Shown in pieces: positions 16,794 through 25,019 of a DNA stretch of 64,000 nt. Made by a program: the position numbers and the translations under genes. Each line of letters opens with the position of its first letter. Within the stretch, counting starts at the first letter, position 1. The notes beneath the pieces are model-generated. The model was not told where the DNA came from. It ran no database searches and saw only the letters and a list, made by a program, of their open reading frames with translations. This DNA is from an uncultured delta proteobacterium (GTDB lineage Bacteria > Myxococcota > Myxococcia > Myxococcales > Anaeromyxobacteraceae): the NCBI GenBank assembly GCA_963828255.1, contig CAWHDZ010000027.1:166526-230525 (forward strand). The letters run 5' to 3'.

Positions 16794-18872
16794 TCAGTGG
16801 CAGTCGCTGGCGCAGCTCGCGGGACTCACCACGTCGATGACGCCGTTCACGTGCTTCGCGGTGCTCGTGAAGGCCGTTCCCAGCGCGTCCACACCCGGGT
16901 GACAAACGTTGCAGTCGTTGCGCGAGGCCCGGGTCGATCCTCCGTGGCGGCCACCGTGCCAGACGCCCGCCAGGAGCGCCCGGGACGTCTCGTGGCAGGA
17001 AGTGCAGGTCAGCTGCGCCCCTGTCCACGTGGGGCTCGCGTTCTTGCCGGCGTACAACGTCGGCGCGAGGGGATAGCCAGTCAGCGGGTCGATCGCATTG
17101 TAGGTCCCCGAGTACCCGCCGTGGCAGTGGGTGCTGGAGCAGGTGAGCGTGGTCGCGTTCCAGGACGGAGTGAGCCCACCTGCGGACGCCACACCGCTCC
17201 ACGTCACCGTCGCCCTCGACCCGTCCAGGTGGCCGGCCGAGAGCGCGCTCGCGGGGTTGACATGGCAGGCCGAGCAGGCAAACGCCGGCGCGACCGCTCC
17301 CGCGACCACGTGCTTCGTGTGCGCCCCGATGCGGTTCGCGTCGGTGCGGAATCCCCAGGTTCCCTGGGGCGGCGCGCCGGTCGCGTTGGCCGTGCCGCCG
17401 TGGCAGCCCGTGCAGCTCGTCTTCCACGTCGCGCCGTGGCAGGTCGCGCACGAGGTCGTGGCCGTTCCGCCCACGCCGTCGAGGTTCACACCGTGGCAGC
17501 CCTGGCAGGAGGAGATGCCGTTGTTCGCCGAGTAGGCATGGAAGGCCGGGCTCGCGGTATCGGTCCAGCCCGCCGGGTGAATTCCTCCCGAGGCCTGGAC
17601 GGCGCCGTCGAGGTGCATGCCGCCGGAGGCGATCGCGATGAGCTGGCCGGACGCGTTCATGGTCTGGGGGTGGCAGGAGGAGCAGCCGGTCAGGGCCGCT
17701 GACACCACCGGGTGGGAACCGCCGGGAGGCAGGCCGTGGCAGGTGCCGCAGGCCGCCTTGCCGGTGCCCACCTGGGTCCAGACGAGCGCATTCGCGATGT
17801 TCCCGTTGGTGAACTGGCCGTGGCAGTAGGTGTTGGAGCAGGTGGCGGTGCCGCGGGTCCAGGTGGGGGCCGCTCCGCGGGCGACGGCGAGGCCGCTCCA
17901 GGTCACCTCGGCGGTGGGGGTGGCGTCGATGTGCCCGGCGGCGAGCGCATCGGCCGGGTTCACGTGGCAGACGTTGCAGGTGACGGCGGGCGCGGTGGCG
18001 GTTCCGGTGACGTGGGTGGCATGGGCGCCGACGCGGGTGGTGTCGGCCAAGTTGCCCCAGGTGGCCTTGGGTGGCGCGCCGGTCTGGTTGCCGCTGCCTC
18101 CGTGGCACATCACGCAGTTCACCTTCCAGCTGGCGACGCCCGAGGGTAGGGCCGCGTCGTGGCACTGGCCGCAGGAGACGGCGGTGGAGAGGCCGGTGAG
18201 CGCGGTCCCATGGCAGCCCTGGCACGTCGCGAGACCCTTGTTGGCCTCGTAGGCGTGGAAGCCGGGGCTGGTCCTGTCCGACCAGGCCGGGACGTGGCCG
18301 ACCAGCGTGGTCGTCCCGCCGGTGTGGTTGGTGGTGCTGGTGTGGCAGCCGGTGCAGTCCGCGCTGGTCGGGTTCGGGTTCCCGATGACCACGTGGGTGG
18401 GAGGCAGCACCGATGTCACGTGGCAGTCGGTGCAGCCCCGCGGGCCCGCGGTCCAGGCGACGGGCTTCAGGGGCGCGCCCATCGGGCTGTGGCAGGCCAC
18501 GGTGCAGGTCGTCGGATTGCCGTTGACGGCCCGGACGAACGTGCCTCCCGCGGTGGTGGTGCCCTTCGGATAGGTGTACGGAACGTCGAAGCCGAACTCC
18601 GCTCCGCAGGGGTGGCAGGTCGCACAGCCCACCCCTTCGTTGACGTGCCTGGTGTGGACGTCGACTCCGCCGCACATCGGGCCATTCGCGACCGTGCGCG
18701 TGGAGCCAGCCGGCCGCGCGCGCAGCGCCCCGGCCGCGGGCGCCTGGACGGCGGCCTCCTGGACCGGCTCGTTCCCCTGCGCGCCGCACCCGAGCGCTCC
18801 GACGAGCAGGACCGTCGTGGCCAGCGCGACCGCGCCCCTCGTGCTTCGAACACCGCTGGTGATTGCGCTCAT
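16794..18872 (-). CDS. Lipoprotein multiheme cytochrome c with CxxxxCH...CXXCH modules (15 CxxCH + 2 Cx3CH + 2 Cx4CH)
   Basis: Lipobox LVGALGC; CSNTYCH/CSSTHCH followed by W...CxxCH; manual motif count; alternative start 18926. Confidence 0.88.
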   Translation of the reverse strand: MSAITSGVRSTRGAVALATTVLLVGALGCGAQGNEPVQEAAVQAPAAGALRARPAGSTRTVANGPMCGGVDVHTRHVNEGVGCATCHPCGAEFGFDVPYTYPKGTTTAGGTFVRAVNGNPTTCTVACHSPMGAPLKPVAWTAGPRGCTDCHVTSVLPPTHVVIGNPNPTSADCTGCHTSTTNHTGGTTTLVGHVPAWSDRTSPGFHAYEANKGLATCQGCHGTALTGLSTAVSCGQCHDAALPSGVASWKVNCVMCHGGSGNQTGAPPKATWGNLADTTRVGAHATHVTGTATAPAVTCNVCHVNPADALAAGHIDATPTAEVTWSGLAVARGAAPTWTRGTATCSNTYCHGQFTNGNIANALVWTQVGTGKAACGTCHGLPPGGSHPVVSAALTGCSSCHPQTMNASGQLIAIASGGMHLDGAVQASGGIHPAGWTDTASPAFHAYSANNGISSCQGCHGVNLDGVGGTATTSCATCHGATWKTSCTGCHGGTANATGAPPQGTWGFRTDANRIGAHTKHVVAGAVAPAFACSACHVNPASALSAGHLDGSRATVTWSGVASAGGLTPSWNATTLTCSSTHCHGGYSGTYNAIDPLTGYPLAPTLYAGKNASPTWTGAQLTCTSCHETSRALLAGVWHGGRHGGSTRASRNDCNVCHPGVDALGTAFTSTAKHVNGVIDVVSPASCASDCH

Positions 18873-18931
18873 GGCCTTCCCCCGAAAATCCAGCTGGCTG
18901 GTGACGTTCACGTTCTCGGTGGTCATGGCGG

Positions 18932-21900
18932 TCACCAGGAGAGGGACGAGTGGTTCTTGCTGTGGCAGGTGCCGTTGCAGCGGCGCGACGTGCCGACGCC
19001 GGTGGACGTGAAGGTGAGGTTGGGCGCGAAGACCACGTTGACCGCGCCGTTCACGTGCAGCGTGGGACCGGTGACGGCGGCATTCGTGGCGCTCGTCCCC
19101 GTCGCGATGCCGCTGTGGCACTCCGAGCAGTTGAAGCTGTTGCTGAAGTGCTTCGAGTGCCGCCCGGTCCTGGTGGTGGGCATGCTGTGGCAGTTGTTGC
19201 AGGTCACCACGGCGGTCGAGTTCCAGACCGGATCCGGTCTCGCCGTGGTCGCGGTGGTCCTCCCGTTCGTGAAGTTGCCGTGGCAATAGGTGGCCGAGCA
19301 GCCCGCGGTGGTGGCGTTGAAGGCCGGGGTCTTGCCGCCGGTCTTCGCGAGCGTGCCGAAGGTCACGTTCTTCGTGCCGTTCTGGTGGTTGGTCGCCGTC
19401 GGGACGGTGTGGCACTCGGTACAGGCGAAGTTGCTCGACCGGGTGGCGGTGGTGAGGTGCTTCATGTGGGCGCCGACCGCGCGGCTCGTGGAGCTCCCGG
19501 TGGTGTCGACCGGAGGGGCGGCGGCGAGCTGCGGATTCAGGGCCGTGGCCGCGCGGCTCGCCGTGCCGTGGCAGGAGGTGCAGGTCATGCCGGTCGCGTC
19601 CTTGGTTCCGTTCATGTGGGTCGCGGGGTTGACCGTCGTCGCGGTGTAGCCAGCGTGGCAGCCCGCACAGGCGGTGCTGGTGGAGTGCGGAGCCGGGGGC
19701 GGTGCGCCGTGGCAGGCCGTGCAGCCCGAGGCCTGCGAGGCGCCTCCGGTCCACGACGGCGCAGCGACGGTGCGGCCGGTCAGGGTCGAGCCGTGGCAGT
19801 AGGTCGTGCAGGTCGCACCGTTCCAGGTGGAGGCTGCGCCGGCCAGGGTGCCCCAGGCCAGCTCGACCGTGGCGTTCGAGTGCGCGTTGCTCGCCGGTAC
19901 CGCGTGGCACTCGCCGCAGGTGATGGCCGCCGTGCGCAGCCGGGTCCCGGTCAGGTGGGCCTGGTGCGCGCCCACCGCTCGCGTCGTCGCGAGGGTCTCG
20001 CCCTTGCTGCCGCGGGGCGGCGCGGCGTAGAGCGGGGCAGCCTGCGTCGCCGTCTGCCCGGAGGTTCCGTGGCAGGAGGTGCAGGTCATCCCGGTCACCT
20101 CGAGGGCGCCGTTGAGGTGGGCCGTGGCGCTGACGGTGGTGGTGGAGTAGCCGGCGCCGTGGCAGGTCGCGCAGGCGCTCGCATTGGTGGGGTGGGTCCC
20201 GCCCGGAGGCAGGCCGTGGCAGCTGCCGCAGGCGGCGGCCGTCGCGCCGGCGGTCCAGCTCACCGCCGCGTTCGCCCCGTCCTTGAAGTTGCCGTGGCAG
20301 TAGGTGTTGGAGCAGGTTCCAGCGGCCGTTCCGGTCGTGGCCGTGTTGCTGCCGGTGTAGGAGGCGTTGGCGATCGCGCCGGTTGTCGCCAGCGTGCCGA
20401 AGGTCACGGTGGCGCGAGCGCCGTTCGTCCCGGCGCCGGTGGCATGGGCGACGTCCGCAGCGGCCGGAATCACGTGACACTCGGCGCAGGCCATCGCGGT
20501 CGCGCGCCAGCGGGTTCCGGAGAGGTGGGCGGCGTGGGCGCCCACGCCCGGGGCCGACGAGGCGGTCGCGCCGGTGGTGTCGGCGGCGGCGCCGTTCACG
20601 CCCGGGGCGGCGAGGTTGCTGGCCGGGAGGACTCCGGTTTGGGTCAGGTCGCCGTGGCAGAGCGTGCAACCGGCGCGGCTCACGTTCACCTGGCCGTCGA
20701 CGTGGGTGGCCTGGACCACGCCCGTCGCCGAGTAGCCGGCGCCGTGGCAGGAGCCGCAGGCGGTGTTCCGCGGGTGGTGCGAGGCGGCCGAGAGGGCGGG
20801 CGGCGCGCCGTGGCAGGAGGTGCAACCGAGCGTGCCGGCCGCGGTCCAGGCCGGCGAGGCGACCACGCCGCTGCCGCCGGCGAAGTTGCCGTGGCAGTAG
20901 GTCGAGGAGCACGACCCGCCCGTGCCGACGGTGTAGCTCGCGCTGGATCCGGCGATGGGGGCGAAGGCGACCGTCACGACGCCGTCGGCGTGGGCGTAGA
21001 AGCCGTTCATGAACGACGCCCAGGGGTGGCAGTCGGTGCAGAGCATGTTCCGGGAGCGCGTGCCGTTGGTGTGGGCCACGTGGGCGCCGACGCCGCGGGC
21101 GGTGGAGGAGGTGTTGAGCGAGGTGTCGCGCGGCGGCGCCGCCTCGACCTCGTCGGTGAAGGAGGTCGGGCTGGGAACGCGTCCCGGCGTGCCGTGGCAG
21201 CTCGCGCAGGTCACGTTCGCGCTGAGGTCGGCGACGCCGTTCCGGTGCTTCCCGCCAACGACGATGGCACCAGCGGCATTGACGGTGTCGGCATGGCACT
21301 CCACGCAGGTGGTGATGCCGCCCACAACCGTCTTGTGGCGCGGGTTGGCGGGCGGGGCGCCGTGGCAGGAATCGCAGGCGGTCGTCGACACGTCGACCGT
21401 CCCGTTGACGTGGACGGCGGCGTTGACGGTCGTCGCGGTGTAGCCGTCGTGGCAGCCACCGCACGCGGTGGAGGTGGAATGCGGTGCCGGCGGCGGGGCG
21501 CCGTGGCAGGAGCCGCAGGCGCGCTGGGAGCCGTCGGTGGTGGTCCAGATGGGCGTCTTGGCGTTGCCGCCGCCGAGGCTGGCGCCGTGGCAGTATGTGT
21601 TCGAGCAGGTTCCGGAGGCGCGGTCCCAGGCCGGGACGAAGCTCGGGTTGGCCGAGGCGAGCCCGGAGAAGGTCACGGTGGCGATGCCGCCACCGGCGAC
21701 GTGGCCGGCGGCCAGTGCGTCGGCCGGCACGACGTGGCACACGGAGCAGGCGACGGGCTGCGCGAGCCCATGGGTCGCGCCGAGGTGGGAGGCGTGGGTC
21801 CCGACACGAACGGTTTCTCCGGACTTGCCCCATGTGGCCTTGGGCGGGGCGCCCGTCTGGCTGCCGGTTCCGCCATGGCACATCACGCAGTTGGTCTTCC

Positions 21901-22312
21901 AGGCGGCGCCGTGGCAGTCGGCGCAGGACACCGTGGTGGTCCCGCCCACGCCGTCGAGGGCCGTTCCGTGGCAGCCACGGCACGACCCGAGACCGAGGTT
22001 CGCGGTGTAGGCGTGGAAGCCGACGCTGGCCTGGTCCATCCAGAGGACGTCGTGCCCGGTGGCCTTCGCGCCGCACGGGTGGCACGACTCGCAGCTCTGC
22101 GCCGCGTACTGGTCGTGGCCGAGGCGCGGCGTGCAGGTCAGGCTCGCAGCGGTCGAGCGAACCACCGGGACGCGAGCCGCCGGAGCCGCTGCGGGCGGTG
22201 CTTCCGGCGTGGTCGGTTCCGGCGGCTGGGAGGCGCCGCAGCCCGTGAGGGCCATGGCGGTGGCGAGGCACACGACGATCGAGACCGAGCCGCTGCGTCC
22301 CTGCTGCATCAC
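18932..22312 (-). CDS. Large lipoprotein multiheme cytochrome c with CxxxxCH...CXXCH modules (25 CxxCH + 4 Cx4CH + 2 Cx3CH)
   Basis: GGAGAGG SD; lipobox MALTGC; repeated GAH..H...CxxCH...CS(N/S/A)TYCH...W...CxxCHGxPP module; Thr/Ala/Gly-rich. Confidence 0.9.
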   Translation of the reverse strand: MMQQGRSGSVSIVVCLATAMALTGCGASQPPEPTTPEAPPAAAPAARVPVVRSTAASLTCTPRLGHDQYAAQSCESCHPCGAKATGHDVLWMDQASVGFHAYTANLGLGSCRGCHGTALDGVGGTTTVSCADCHGAAWKTNCVMCHGGTGSQTGAPPKATWGKSGETVRVGTHASHLGATHGLAQPVACSVCHVVPADALAAGHVAGGGIATVTFSGLASANPSFVPAWDRASGTCSNTYCHGASLGGGNAKTPIWTTTDGSQRACGSCHGAPPPAPHSTSTACGGCHDGYTATTVNAAVHVNGTVDVSTTACDSCHGAPPANPRHKTVVGGITTCVECHADTVNAAGAIVVGGKHRNGVADLSANVTCASCHGTPGRVPSPTSFTDEVEAAPPRDTSLNTSSTARGVGAHVAHTNGTRSRNMLCTDCHPWASFMNGFYAHADGVVTVAFAPIAGSSASYTVGTGGSCSSTYCHGNFAGGSGVVASPAWTAAGTLGCTSCHGAPPALSAASHHPRNTACGSCHGAGYSATGVVQATHVDGQVNVSRAGCTLCHGDLTQTGVLPASNLAAPGVNGAAADTTGATASSAPGVGAHAAHLSGTRWRATAMACAECHVIPAAADVAHATGAGTNGARATVTFGTLATTGAIANASYTGSNTATTGTAAGTCSNTYCHGNFKDGANAAVSWTAGATAAACGSCHGLPPGGTHPTNASACATCHGAGYSTTTVSATAHLNGALEVTGMTCTSCHGTSGQTATQAAPLYAAPPRGSKGETLATTRAVGAHQAHLTGTRLRTAAITCGECHAVPASNAHSNATVELAWGTLAGAASTWNGATCTTYCHGSTLTGRTVAAPSWTGGASQASGCTACHGAPPPAPHSTSTACAGCHAGYTATTVNPATHMNGTKDATGMTCTSCHGTASRAATALNPQLAAAPPVDTTGSSTSRAVGAHMKHLTTATRSSNFACTECHTVPTATNHQNGTKNVTFGTLAKTGGKTPAFNATTAGCSATYCHGNFTNGRTTATTARPDPVWNSTAVVTCNNCHSMPTTRTGRHSKHFSNSFNCSECHSGIATGTSATNAAVTGPTLHVNGAVNVVFAPNLTFTSTGVGTSRRCNGTCHSKNHSSLSW

Positions 22313-22377
22313 TGTTTCCCCTCTCCAGAGCGATTCGAAATCGCTCCCTCCCAGGGGTCGACCCTGGATGGCGGGGG

Positions 22378-22419
22378 AAACTAGAGAAATTCCTCAGGCG
22401 TTTCGTTGATGCACGTCAA
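22378..22419 (-). promoter_or_regulatory. Class II FNR/CRP-family promoter for the lipoprotein cytochrome pair
   Basis: TTGACGTGCATCAA (22406-22419; 1 mismatch to TTGAT-N4-ATCAA) lies 22 nt upstream of TAGTTT (-10-like, 22378-22383), i.e. centred at -41.5. Confidence 0.65.
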
Positions 22420-22625
22420 TTACGATAATTGCTCGACTTCATTGATGATTAGAACGCCATCATCATCTTAACAAAATGCAATCCATGCGCTGTCCCGCTA
22501 TCGCGGGGCATTGAGGAATTCCGACAATTCCCCACTTAGGGGCCAGGGTAGTGCCCGTTGATTCTGGCGGAGCGCGCAAAATCGTCGCATCCCAGAAAAC
22601 GAATACGCCCCATCAGGGACTTCAA

Positions 22626-23081
22626 TTATTCCGCAGGCCCCTCCGCCGCGGGGTCGCGCGGAGCCATGCCGCAAAGCACCGCGAACTGGTTCGAGAGGTG
22701 CGCCTTCACCTTCGCCGCTTCCTCTCCCGCGGGCCCGGGCACGACCTTCTCGTCCTCGTAGATCTCGACGGTGAGGATCGACCCGTTCACGACCGACTGG
22801 TGCCTGGCCCGCACCACCACCGTCGCGGCGAAGCCGTCTCGCCCCTCGAATCCGCGGACCTGCACGGTGACGGTGTCGGAGGCCCCGGGATCCACGCGGA
22901 AGCCGCACTTCCCCAGGTCCTCCCCGGCCTGCATGACGAGGGCCTTGGTCTCGATCCCGTGCCGGGCCGCGACGGGGTTGACCGTGACGTCCAAGCGGAG
23001 CCGGGCGCCGTCCTTCACGTAAAGCGAAAGGGGACCCAGCATCGACAAGGCGAGCGCCATCGTGATGGATAGAACGGTCAT
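22626..23081 (-). CDS. Hypothetical secreted protein
   Basis: GGAGG SD 6 nt before ATG; hydrophobic N-terminus; no recognised family. Confidence 0.6.
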   Translation of the reverse strand: MTVLSITMALALSMLGPLSLYVKDGARLRLDVTVNPVAARHGIETKALVMQAGEDLGKCGFRVDPGASDTVTVQVRGFEGRDGFAATVVVRARHQSVVNGSILTVEIYEDEKVVPGPAGEEAAKVKAHLSNQFAVLCGMAPRDPAAEGPAE

Positions 23082-23354
23082 CTCATGCCTCCGGCAGACA
23101 GACTACGCCGGGCCGGCCTCCTGGTGGGCGCCCCTACAGGGGACCGGCCCACCCAGACCCGGCCGTGACCCAAGAATCGTTCGACCTTCGGGCCCTCGAT
23201 CAGCGAAAGCTCTTCGCTGCCAGCAGGTTGTTCCGTTTGCGTTCCTGGCGGAATGAGGACCTAGCACTCTCCCGGGCTCATCCGGAAGCGAGGGTCGGAA
23301 GCGATCATCTATTCCACCTCCAGTCAAGTCAAGCCAACGGAGGAGGCGGCACAC

Positions 23355-23540
23355 ATGTGCACGTCCAGTCCCACGACGCTATCGGCACTCGCCGCGGCCG
23401 CACTCGGCCTCGCGGCGTGCTCGGGCAACTGCTCAATCCCGGCCTCAAGCTGACGGACGCCCACGGCCAGAGCTGGGTTGCCCGCCGTGTTCCCGGACGG
23501 CCATCAGACGCAGATCGACTTCGCCGCGCCGTGGGGATAG
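23355..23540 (+). pseudogene. Short lipoprotein-like ORF remnant with in-frame TGA at 23451
   Basis: GGAGGAGG SD; MCTSSPTTLSALAAAALGLAACSG lipobox; TGA after 32 codons; same frame continues to TAG 23540. Confidence 0.35.
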
Positions 23541-23577
23541 GGAAGGCGGAGCCGCCCCCGGCGCCCCCGCCCTCCCG

Positions 23578-24276
23578 TCAGTTCCGCCGCCCGCCGAACA
23601 GGTTCAGGAGCGACAGGAACAGGTTGATGAAATTCAGGTAGAGCGACAGCGCGCCGCTCACCGGCAGCGCGGCCACCCCGGAACCCGCCACCGCCATGCG
23701 GCGAAGCCGCTGGGTGTCGTAGGCGATGAGCCCGGTGAAGACCACCACCGCGGCCGCCGACACCACGAACTGCAGCATGCTGTTCTTCATGAAGATGTTC
23801 ACGACGCTGGCGATGACGACGCCGATGAGCCCCATGAAGAGGAACGTGGACCATCCGGCCAGGTCGCGCTTCGTCACCGTCGCGTAGATGCTCATGGTGA
23901 AGAACGTTCCCGCCGTGACCGCGAACGCAGTCGCCACGGAGGTCCCGGTGTAGGCGATCAGGACCACCGAGATCGTGGCCCCGGTGAGGGCCGAGTAGAG
24001 CAGGAAGAGGGCGCCGGCCGTCCCGGCCGAGAGCTTGTTCACCGCCGCCGAGAGGGCGATGACCAGGCCGAACTGGGCGATGATGAGCCCCCAGAAGACG
24101 ATCCGGTTGCCGAAGATCACCTCGAGGGCCGCGGGCGTGGACGCCACGTAGTAAGCGACACCCGCGGTGACGAGCAGTCCGAAGGTCATCCAGCGGTACA
24201 CGGCGGCCATGAAGCGGCGCTCCACGTCGGAGGCGCCGCGGGTCACGACCTGGTAGTTCTCGTATGCTTTTGCCAT
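23578..24276 (-). CDS. Bax inhibitor-1/YccA family membrane protein
   Basis: FMAAVYRWM, FTGLIAYDTQRL, GALSLYLNFINLFLSLL. Confidence 0.92.
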   Translation of the reverse strand: MAKAYENYQVVTRGASDVERRFMAAVYRWMTFGLLVTAGVAYYVASTPAALEVIFGNRIVFWGLIIAQFGLVIALSAAVNKLSAGTAGALFLLYSALTGATISVVLIAYTGTSVATAFAVTAGTFFTMSIYATVTKRDLAGWSTFLFMGLIGVVIASVVNIFMKNSMLQFVVSAAAVVVFTGLIAYDTQRLRRMAVAGSGVAALPVSGALSLYLNFINLFLSLLNLFGGRRN

Positions 24277-24351
24277 CCCGGGATTGTAACCACGGCGGGG
24301 CGGTTCGCCAGCGCCGGGAGGGAGGATCTCGATCCCAGGAGTTACGGGGGC

Positions 24352-24999
24352 TTACGTCAGCCCTTCCAGCGCCGGAAGCACGTCCCCCACCCGTTCCGCC
24401 CACGCCGTGGGCCGGGCCTTCGCCAGATCCTCCCGGCTGAATGGCCCCCAGAGCGCGGCCACGGTCGCCACCCCCGCGGCGTTCCCGGCGACCACGTCGT
24501 GCGGCGAGTCCCCCACGAACGAGGCCTCCTCCGCCCGGGCCCCGAGCCGCCCGAGCGCGTACCGCACCGGCGCGGGATCGGGCTTGTGCTTCTCCGTGGC
24601 CTCGAGCCCGACCACGCACGCGAAGTGACGCGTGAGCCCGAGGAAGTCGAGGGACCGCAGCGCCGAGGGCTCTAGCTTGGAGGTGACGACCGCCATCCGC
24701 ACGCCGCGCGCGGTGAGCGCGTCCAGCATCTCCGGGACACCCGGGAAGGCCCGCACCATGGCGTCGTGGTGCGCCCACTGGTGAACCTTGTACCGCTCCT
24801 TCACCCGCTCGACGTCGGCCTCGTCGCCCGCCCAGCGCCGGATCATGCCGTCGAGCGGCGTGCCGATGAGGGCCACCCACTCGGCCACCCCGGGTGCGTT
24901 GGGGTGGCCCTCGAAGGCGTGCTTCATCGACGACAGGATGAGCGGGATCGAGTCGATGAGCGTCCCGTCGAGGTCGAAGAGGACCGCGCGGGGGAGCAT
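24352..24999 (-). CDS. HAD-superfamily hydrolase (PpaX/Gph-like phosphatase)
   Basis: FDLDGTLIDS, VTSK, KHKPDP, VGDSPHD motifs. Confidence 0.92.
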   Translation of the reverse strand: MLPRAVLFDLDGTLIDSIPLILSSMKHAFEGHPNAPGVAEWVALIGTPLDGMIRRWAGDEADVERVKERYKVHQWAHHDAMVRAFPGVPEMLDALTARGVRMAVVTSKLEPSALRSLDFLGLTRHFACVVGLEATEKHKPDPAPVRYALGRLGARAEEASFVGDSPHDVVAGNAAGVATVAALWGPFSREDLAKARPTAWAERVGDVLPALEGLT

Positions 25000-25019
25000 C
25001 GACCGGAACCCGGGACCGG

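Noticed and set aside
9211..22312. Periodic GTGGCA(G/C) recurrences resembling a repeat array or CRISPR
   Set aside because: They are the reverse complement of Cys-His codons in heme motifs; no constant 25-40 bp repeat with unique spacers and no cas genes
22600..23340. Possible tRNA-Sec (selC) or other structured RNA in the intergenic DNA
   Set aside because: GGACTTCAAT does not extend into an anticodon stem and no T-arm GTTCGA/CCA cloverleaf could be built
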